This document shows, in pieces, positions 54,951 through 64,000 of a stretch of DNA of 64,000 nt (position 1 is its first letter; each line of letters begins with the position of its first letter). The position numbers and the translations under genes were made by a program. The notes below the pieces were generated by a model that was given only the letters and a program-made list of their open reading frames with translations, was not told the DNA's origin and ran no database searches. The stretch lies in NCBI RefSeq assembly GCF_009914755.1, contig NC_060944.1. The stretch is one strand, 5' to 3'. This stretch comes from the human T2T-CHM13v2.0 reference genome, Homo sapiens.

Positions 54951-56157
54951 CACGTTATGGGACATGTTAAAGTATAAGTGCAGCCAAATATCTTTTCAAA
55001 CACTGATGAGGGGCCCTGGAGTTTTAGTGCCTTTCTTTAGAGGAATTTTAGGTGCTGGTCTTACTGACTCGGAGCCTCTTCCTCAATCTGCATCGCCTTA
55101 GCCGACCCCAGTGCACTTTAGGGCATTACGTGGATTTGGGGTTTTCTCATCCTGCTCTCCTTCCTTTGGGAGTGGCCTCCAAGGCAGCTGTCTTCCCATT
55201 CCCCTTGCTTCCCTCCTATCTCCGTCTCAGCCACGCCATCCCACTCCTGTCCACAAGCCGGGTGCATGAGCCATTCCAGAGGGACTTTACCTTGCTGGAA
55301 TAAGCGTGGTAAGGGGCCTGGGTGTTGTGGTCCTCCCTCCTTGGGCTCTGGTGCTCTGGTTCCCAGACTGTGACCCACGATCCTCTCGCGTCCAATGTGC
55401 GTGACCTCTCCGTCCGATAGCACAAGCAATTCTCAAACAGCCACTTGAGCTGGACGCCCCCGGACATGCCCTGCACTTTTCCAGCTTTACATCCTGGCCT
55501 GTGTTGCCCCCTCCATGTGTGATGCCCTCCTTGAGTCCGGCATGGGTGCACGGCTGCCCGCTCCAGCAGGTCAACCCTCGGGCCCATGAACTTCCCCTAC
55601 ACAAGCTCTTGTGGCACCAACTGTCTTCCTAGGTGGTGGCCACACCAGGAAACATTTCCCAGCCTCTCATTGCTCTTGAAAATTGTATCATCAAATAGCA
55701 GCACATGTTAAACAGTTAAGAAGAAAATTAACATGCAAAATTAACAGAAGAAGAAAGAGAAAATGCAATCTGCCCAAAGCTGTTCTTGACAATTTTTGGA
55801 GTGATTTAATGTTATTTTAAGTTTTATGAAGAAAGTACAATCTTATCAATATTTGTATCTTGCTATTTCATATTCACTGCAATTTAATATGTAAAAGTTA
55901 CCACAGGGACACTAAGTGGTAAAGAGTTAATGGTCTTCCCTGATTCCCACTGCCTGAGGCCAAATTTCCATCCACGCCAAGCATGCTTTTCAGCATCTCC
56001 ACCTTCAACTGCTGTTATCTGTCTGCCCTAGCTTCTTCCAGCGCCCCAGGGAAAAAGCTGCATCACATTTTGGAGGGAAATAAAGAAAGAGAACTAAAGA
56101 CCTATTGGATTTCAGCCTTTGGTTGGTGGTTAATAACCTAGATAGCTCAGGCATTTT

Positions 56158-56416
<259 letters not shown>

Positions 56417-56938
56417 TGAGCAAAGAGTTCCTGGAGGGAAGCTAGCTTTCACCTGCCTTCCTGCTACCTGGAAGGTGCTGTTTATGAATTCAGGATTCAT
56501 CTGTCCACATTGATGGTTTTCTTAGCTTGTGAGGTTACTGAAACACCATTATTACAGATAGAAAACTTTCCCCAGTGGCCCCTTGAGACAGGTTGAATAA
56601 TGTCACTTAATCTCTATAACCTTCCTCTTAAATAGGCATGGTCACTCTCTCTTTTAATGATGAGAAAAACGGGAGAAGAGAAGTCCATAGAAGGATGGAA
56701 ACTTGGCCTCAGGCGGTGGGGCTCAGGCCCCTGTTCTGTTCTGGTTCCATGCACTTAGTGGATGGGAAGACCACTAACTCTTTACCACTTAGTGTCACTG
56801 TGGCAGCTTTTACACATTGAATTGCAGTGAATATGAAATAGCAAGATACAAATATTAATACAATTGCACTTTCTGCATAAAGCTTAAAATAATGTGAAGT
56901 CACTCAAAAAAAGGTCAAGAACAGCTTTGGGGCAGATA

Positions 56939-57032
56939 CCTTCCTTCCTTCCTTCCTTCCTTCCTTCCTTCCTTCCTTCCTTCCTTCCTTCCTTCCTTCC
57001 TTCCTTCTTTCCTTCCTTCCTTCCTTCCTTCT
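56939..57032. repeat. (TTCC)n microsatellite
   Basis: About 23 units. Confidence 0.97.
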
Positions 57033-58087
57033 TATGGAGATATTGTTACAGGGAGGCCTATGGGATCCTGCCTGACTAGTTTTGGAGGCAAATGCTATGT
57101 GGGGGCTTGTAGGAGGCAGCGCTGTGCTTGCTGGAGTTAAGCTCTAACCTGAGTTGGGTTTGCATCCAGCTGCTGGTTGGTCCAGGGAGGTCTCCAGCTG
57201 CTGCTTGGAAACCAACAAAAACAGTAGTGAGTTCCAGAAACGTTGGAGTAAGGTGGTGACTTGGTGATAAAAAGTATTTCTGGAGGAAAGGGAAAACACT
57301 CCCATTTTATTATCTGTGAAATCTGGTGGCCAATGAAACCACTTCCCACTGACTTGGGTGGGGAAGGCAGATACTTAGATTCACGTTCCCAAAGGAGAAC
57401 ATTATGCAATGGAAGATGTAGCTTCACAGTATATCCCACTCTGTCAGGACTCTGTGCTGCATATAAACTCTGATGTGAAAAGCATTCTTCCTCCCTGGGA
57501 TTGTGCAGTTCCCAGGCTGGGCAGCTGTATACTCTAGCCCTGGATAGGTTGATTTGTTTAAGGAAGGCTGTTTGCTAGCAGGTATACAGAGATAATGCAT
57601 TTTATATGCAGAGTTAGTCTCTTTTAAAAAGAGAAAGCTGAAAAAGCCTGAAGACATAAAAAACAATCTATTCACTCCTGCGCCTCTCCCTTCTGCAGAC
57701 ACAGAACTTCCCTGGCAGCTCTGATCTGGGGGCTTCCTGTAGGTGCAAAGACCTGGTTCTTCAGACTCCATCCATGGAAGGAGGGAACACCAGTCACGGG
57801 GAGGTGGGCTCTGCACTGGGTTCCAGACACAGCAAAACAGGGCCTGGCATAGGTAGGAAGGGGAAAAGGAGGCCCTAGTCAAAGGGCAGGGCAGCCTCAA
57901 AGTTGACCCCAAGGCTGGGACCAGGGGGTACTTCTGCTCCTTTCTGTACCCAGAGTCAAAAGAAACAGTTCATTCCTCTTAACCCTTTCATTGAATCCTC
58001 CCCGCAACTTGGCACCCCTGAAACCACATAGAGAAATCACTTCTGTTGTAAACCCTTTCTTGGTGGCCCCCTGTGGCAGCAATGACT

Positions 58088-58720
58088 TAAAGCCTCATCA
58101 CTCATGATAGTTGTGTTCTATAAAGCTGCCACGAACACTGAACTAGTAGACGCTGAATCGTTGCTCCTAGGAGAAGCATAGGGTTAGATTCCTGCTGGCC
58201 TCTGGTCATGTTTTGTCAGCTGATCGGTACATAACATCATTCTATGTATGTTTCTGTTGACAGATGCCTTGTTGGTGGTATAGTGTGAATCCATTAGCAC
58301 TGAACTCAGGACCAGCAATGGTGTGACTCAGGCCTGAAGGAAGCTTTTCTAGCACATGGATTTCCTCTGTAAGGCACCTCACAGCCTCTCGTGCCTGGGA
58401 ACTCTAGCCAGCACTGTAGCACGATGCCTAGGGCCATTATAAATGTGAAATCACCAAAGAAACCCCACAAAAATGTGAAAATCACGGCACTAAATAGACC
58501 ACAAAAAGGATGCTTGTTTGCAGTATGAGAACTGGAACCAGAAAGTAGGATGTCATCTTGTTCTTCCTTAGCACTGGATGACTCAAATTTCTCTCCACTC
58601 TGCCAGTGTCTTTGAATGACCAGGAAATTGCTGGGAATATTGATTTTGGGATAACAAATAAATTTTATCGACTAGCTGAATTTGCAAATATGGAGTCCAC
58701 AAATAATAAGGGTTGTTTGC
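58088..58720. mobile_element. MER82-like Tigger-family DNA transposon
   Basis: gttctataaagctgccacgaacactgaacta...ctcctaggaga...gaatttgcaaatatggagtccacaaataataagg; length ~630 bp. Confidence 0.7.
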
Positions 58721-61014
58721 ATCTTGAGTTAATTGCCATTTAAAAACAATGTCCTTTTCCAGTTTGTTCATTCATCGTGGTCCAGGTCTCAAAAGTGATT
58801 CCTCCCAGGGGTCAGGTGGGCAGTGCCAGGGTCTGGTGGTGACTCAGGTGGAACAGAGGTCACTGGCCTTGTCCAAAGGAGGCTGCAGCTCCTTTCCTCC
58901 TGCAAGCTTGGTAGGGGTTGGGGCCTCATCAATTTTTCTTGGGAGGGGCCCATAGTGGCATCTGTGTGAGTGTGGCCAGGGATGTCTCTGGAAGAGGGGG
59001 TTGCAGACTGAGATTTTCTGTTTATTTGGAGGGTGAATTTGGGGTGCTGAAGGGCACTGGGGTGTCTAGGGCTTCCTATGTCTTCCCTTAGTGCTACCTC
59101 TGGGACTCCACTTTGTCAGAGTTCCTGATATTTCATGAGAAAGCTGGAAATCCAGGTTTTTTTTTTTTTTTTAATCAGAAATGTCAGGATTTAAAAATAT
59201 AAGCAGCTAACTAAAAATTCAAAAATCCCTAACCATTGTGCAAGCCAAATGAAATAGGCATAATAAACATGAGCTGCTATGTTCCTAGGTGCCTGGTCAG
59301 CTGGGATACAGGTGAGGGGCTGACGGCAGGTGCAGGTGACCCCCTTGCCCACTGCCTGTCCATTCCATGTGTTGTTGCTTGGACCCATTAACATTGTCTG
59401 CCTCATATTTCTGTTTGAAGAAAGTTCTGCTACGTGGGTGAGTCTTGTCTATATTGAGAGCAGGGTTGAGCTGCAGTCAGTTATAAAGTCTACCTTCAGT
59501 GGGATATTATAAGGGTTCACATGAATTGAATTAACAACATTTTTATATCTGAGGCTACACAATCCTAAAGGAAATGTGACTTCTACAGAGAGAATGAAGA
59601 TGTTCCTAGCACTTTCAAATATATCGAGCGTTCTCCAATAAGTGTATTTTTTTCATCTTGTGCATCTTGTGTATGAAAGCTTTCTGTGAGGTTATGTCCA
59701 TGAAAACAAACGCCTTTTTTTCTTTTCCTCATAAAAGCGGAATAATGAAAGATAAGGTTAAGGTTACACCATGGCTACAGTGGTTGTCAACAAGCCTTTT
59801 GAGATTGTCTTTTTCTGTTGAAATCAGTTAATGAATTGGAGTTTTCCACTGAGCTCACAGAAGGTAGCTTTTCAGATCTGGGAGCAGATAATCAGAGAGA
59901 CACTTTTTCCATGCAGCATGTTGAAGGGCATCATTTGGTCTTGTGGCTACACCAGCTGAGTCTGGTCCAGGACCAATCTCGCTAATTACCACAGGTGGAC
60001 CTTTGGCCCAAGGAAGCAAACAAGGCTTTGGGGCACTTCTCCATGGCCGCCTTGGGACCCTTCAGAAGTGATAAGCCGCCAATCTGGAAGCTGCTTGGGT
60101 GATAATGATTCTCGAATGGGCTTTTATGTGGACGAGCAACATGACCTAAGGCACCAGGGATACCAGAAAGGACACTTTTTATGCAGCTTGAAATGTGAGT
60201 AGAGAGCAAAACAGATTTCAAAAGACGAGCACCGCCGCTCTCTCGACATTATAAAGTGTCTTCTGAGTGACAACAGTGCATCCTTGTGCATGAATTGCAC
60301 TTAAGCTTTGTATTTTTGGAAAATAACAATCTGTGTTTTCTGGTTACTATAGACCCAGTATGGGCCTAGAGGTTTTATGTGTGCAGGACCTCATTCGTGT
60401 AACCCTTTCAGTGATTGGGAGAGGCAGGAGTGGTTCTTGCCCCCATTTTACAGGGGAGGAGACGGAGATCCCTAAGCTAGTGAAGGATCCAGCTGGGACT
60501 CTCTAGCTGAAGTCTGTGGATCCCAAAGCTTGTGCTTGTTGAGGATCAAGAGATGATAGAACTTGCAGTGGCTTGGATGTGGCAGGAACTCATTTCACTT
60601 ATCTTTTCTCAAGACATGGGTGGTGGGAGTCGTCAGGCTGATAGAGCATCTGACGGGAAGTTAAAAGAAATTTAGCCTGGTTAGTAGTGTGTTTGGAATC
60701 ACCTTGTAGGGTTTACCTTAAATCATGGGGATTGTTGCAGATTCATTATCTATGTAAAAAAAAAAGCCTCTCAGTGATGCCATGGGAGGGCCATTGTGGA
60801 TTACTGCTTGATTAATCACGGCTGAGTAGGGAGAGTTGCTGTCATTTTCCTTTTTCTCTTGTTTCTGTGAAGTTCCTCACCTTCCTATCTCAGCCAGATG
60901 TCTTCATCAACCCCATCTCCTCCCAGCTCCTTGGGAAACTTACCACATCTGTTTTCTTTTTACTTTTGAATAGTCTTTTTCTGTCAACTGGACTCTTCTT
61001 ATTTTCTTTTTCAC

Positions 61015-61320
61015 CAATGTTGCAAAAGTTGAAAGAATTGTACAGAGAAAATCACGCACTTACCACCCAGATGCCACAACTGGCATTTGCTGTATGTGCT
61101 GGATCACACATCTGGTCTTCTGTCCATTCTTCTAACCGCCCACCAAGACTTTAAAAAAATGCATTTCAAAGCAGGTTGCAGACATTATATACTCGCTTCC
61201 TACACACTTCAGCCTGCATACCACTGACCAGATTTCAAGATTCATTTTTGTTGCTTTTTCTGTTAAGTAAAAATTTACAGTGAAATGCATAATTCTCACA
61301 TGTAGCATTGGGCAAGTTTT
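61015..61320 (-). mobile_element. L1MC/ME-like fragments
   Basis: aaaagttgaaagaattgtacag...atgcatttcaaagcaggttgcagacat...acacttcagcctgcata. Confidence 0.7.
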
Positions 61321-61369
61321 CCCCATTAGCTTTTAATACATCTGCTAATCTCTCCTATTAAAAAACCAA

Positions 61370-63170
61370 GCCAAATCTGCCCTCACCTCAGGCCCATTCA
61401 GCTACTGCCCCGAATTGCTCCTCCTCATTTCCAATCAGACTTTTCGAAAGCACTGCACCCGTTTCTTCTCTCCAGCCTCTCCCTGCACCCATCTGGCCCC
61501 GTCCCTACCCATCCTGCCATCTTCACTGAGGTTACCAATTCCTTCTGTGTCACCAAATCAAGGGATATTTTCTAGTCATCACTCTCCTTAGCCCTCGGTG
61601 GCACCTCAAGCTCCTTTCCTCTGGACACACTCCCTTGCCTGACTTGCAGGGTGTCACGCTCCCTGGGCTTTCCCCCCAGCCCTCTGGCCACTTTCTTTCT
61701 CTCATTTGAAGTCTCCTTCACCATTTTATCCTCTGAAATTAAGTATTGGAATTGCTTAGGGCTCAGCAATTCCATACTTTTTCCTGACTCCATATTTTCA
61801 CCGACATGATCTCATCCTCTTCTGTGGTTTCAATTTCTGCCCCCACACACATGACCCTCACATTTGCGTGCTGCCTGGCATCTCTCCTGGAGCTCTAGGC
61901 CTGTATTCCAGCTCAGTGCCCCTTCTTAGATGGTCCAGAAGCACCTAACATGTTCATGTCCAAAACCTGAATCAGTCTTTCCTCTTCACACTTGTTCTCT
62001 GTCTTAGTCCATTTTGTGTTGCTAGAATGGAATATCTGAGGCTGGGTAATTTATAAAGAAGAAAAGGTTTGTTGGCTCATGATTCTGATGGTTGGAAAGT
62101 TCATGATTGGGCCTCTGCATCTGGTGAGGGCCTCAGGCTGCTTCCACTCATGGTGAAAGGGGAACCCCGGCTCTCAGAGATCACTGGTGAGAGAGGAAGC
62201 AAGAGAGAGTCGGGAGGTGCCAGGCTCTTTTTAACAAGCAGCTCTTGCTGGAACTAATAGAGTGAGAACTCACTCACTCCCATGGGAGGGCATTATTCTG
62301 TTCATGGGAAATCTACCCCATGACCCAAACACCTCCCACTAGTCCCCACTTCCCAGCATTGACACACTGGAATCAGACTTCAGCAGGAGATTTGGTGGAA
62401 ACAAACCATGTTCAAACCACAGCATCCTCCTCTAGGATTCCCCCAGCACAGGGAGTGGCATTACCATTAACTCAGGGGGCATTGCTTGTCCCTCCTCCAT
62501 TGCCAAATTGTATTGATTTTGCTTCTTACAATTATGTCTTGATGCCACCTTCTGCTTCTCTCCACTGCCATAGTCAGGGTTCATATCCAGCTGGGCCTCC
62601 CACCCTCTTGATGCCCTCCCAGCATGCATTCTCCACCCAGTAGCCAGAGTTCTGTTCTCAAAACACTAGCCTGGTCCTGGTGCTCCCCTGCCTACACCCC
62701 CCAGTGGATTTCCAGTGTCTTCTGTCTTTGCAGGGATTGCAAGGATCTTCTGGGTCAGGCCCCTGCCCACCTCTTCAGGCCCCTCTCCCTACCCCCTGAC
62801 CCCAACACTTTTTGCTCTCCAACCTCACCAGCCCATCATGCCTTGGTTCCTCCCACTGCTGGCCTCTGCCCATGCTCTTCCCTCTTCAGGAAGCCCTTGC
62901 CCCTCTCCTTGCCTGCCCAGGCCTCCCCATATACACAACTTGCCTTGCAAATGCCTCCTTCATGTTATGTGTCCCATGATGCCACATGCCTCTCCTTTCA
63001 GATACTTAGCATGGCCACACTTTTATATTTCACTGTGAGCATCTTTGATTAATGTCCTCTTCCTCATGGAAGCTTCATGACTATATTTTTTTCCTTTGCC
63101 TTTGTTTGATCTTCAACATCTAGTGAAATGCCTGACACATATTAGACACACAACTGTTTGCTGACTGAGT
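61370..63170 (-). mobile_element. L2 LINE fragments, interrupted by an MST LTR
   Basis: ctctcctggagctctaggcctgtattcca...gcacctaacatgttcatgtccaaaacctgaa; L2 3' end tagtgaaatgcctgacacatattagacac...tgtttgctgactga. Confidence 0.7.
62000..62424 (-). mobile_element. MaLR LTR, MSTB/C-like
   Basis: tgtcttagtccattttgtgttgcta...gctgggtaatttataaagaa...ggtgagggcctcaggctgcttccactcatgg...caaaccacagca. Confidence 0.9.
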
Positions 63171-64000
63171 ACATGAAATTTCATTCTTTACATTTTCCTA
63201 ATTTTTTAATGGAAGGCAATTAATGTTAGCCAAGGTACCAAAATTGGAGAATTAGTGTAATAGCTGTGGCTCAGATTTTAAAAAATATTTTGATAAATCT
63301 GGGACATCTAATTCCTTGGGCAGGAAACAAAGGCTCACTCATGTCACCTCAGTTTTTAAAAAAATTTGGACAGTGGTCATATACTCTGTGGCTTACAGAG
63401 CAGGGGCAGGAGACCTGGAGCCTGGAGCCTGAAAATCATGTGGCTATTAAGGGTGAATGCCTCCTGGTCGTGCTGTTATTCTTGTTTGCAGAATGGGACA
63501 GTCACATGCCCCTGGGGTCTCCAGGACTTGTGAGAATGGGATAATATTTGGGTGTCTCTGCAAAACGATAAAATCACATTAGTCCACTGCGGAACGGGCA
63601 ATCATGTTTAGGATCAGGATTCCACCAAATTTTCCTGTTCTGTCTTGCAAAGGGCAGGACGCCACCCCTTGGACCATAGTGGAAGGGGCTGCTTTATTGG
63701 GTCCTCCAGCTTTGGAGACTTGAGAACTGGGCTGAATCAGTGTCACTCTTATTATTATTAATGTTGTGATGATTGGTATTTCAGTAGGACTGGCTCTCTG
63801 TAAGCTCCGGCCATCCCATCAGGATTCAGTGGCCTGCAAGAGCTTGACCATGATGCTCCAGCTGAAGGGCGCTTTGGTCCCTGGTGCCAGGGTGATGGGC
63901 AGCTCAGTGGGAATGCACCTCCATCCGAAAGCACAGGGAGCCGGTAACCCAGGGATGGGCTCTCGAGAAGCTGCCAACCCAATACTTCTGGGAATTGGCT

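Overview
This is primate (very likely human) genomic DNA with no supportable protein-coding exon. The left end holds a ~2 kb CpG island (~1840-3990) containing the ATG-free 5' end of a gene transcribed on the minus strand. Its best first exon ends at a CAG|GTGAGC donor at 3205, further candidate donors lie at 2853, 2337 and 2268, and intron 1 runs off the left edge. From memory this exon resembles the RAI2 5' UTR (Xp22), which I have not verified. The remaining ~60 kb is upstream intergenic DNA: about 20 Alu/FLAM/FRAM copies, L1/L2/L3/MIR fragments, MaLR LTRs (MLT1, MST), DNA transposon fossils (Charlie1, MER3, MER5A, MER82), microsatellites, and repeat-free islands that may be enhancers. The most unusual signals are structural: (1) an ungapped 107-bp inverted duplication (50616-50722 / 51644-51750, 99/107 identical) whose second copy interrupts a MER5A; (2) a 42-bp inverted duplication (54048-54089 / 55212-55253, 41/42) whose left copy overlaps the start of a 59-bp x3 minisatellite; (3) an Alu fused to an inverted Alu head at 46289-46484; (4) a tail-to-tail inverted Alu pair bracketed by a perfect 14-bp inverted repeat (34088-34691). 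Regulatory highlights are a consensus CTCF site (52931-52948) and a perfect AGGTCA DR4/RORE inside an L3 fossil (25493-25508). I see no evidence of a new gene system. Repeat subfamily names are by-eye calls and their boundaries are approximate.
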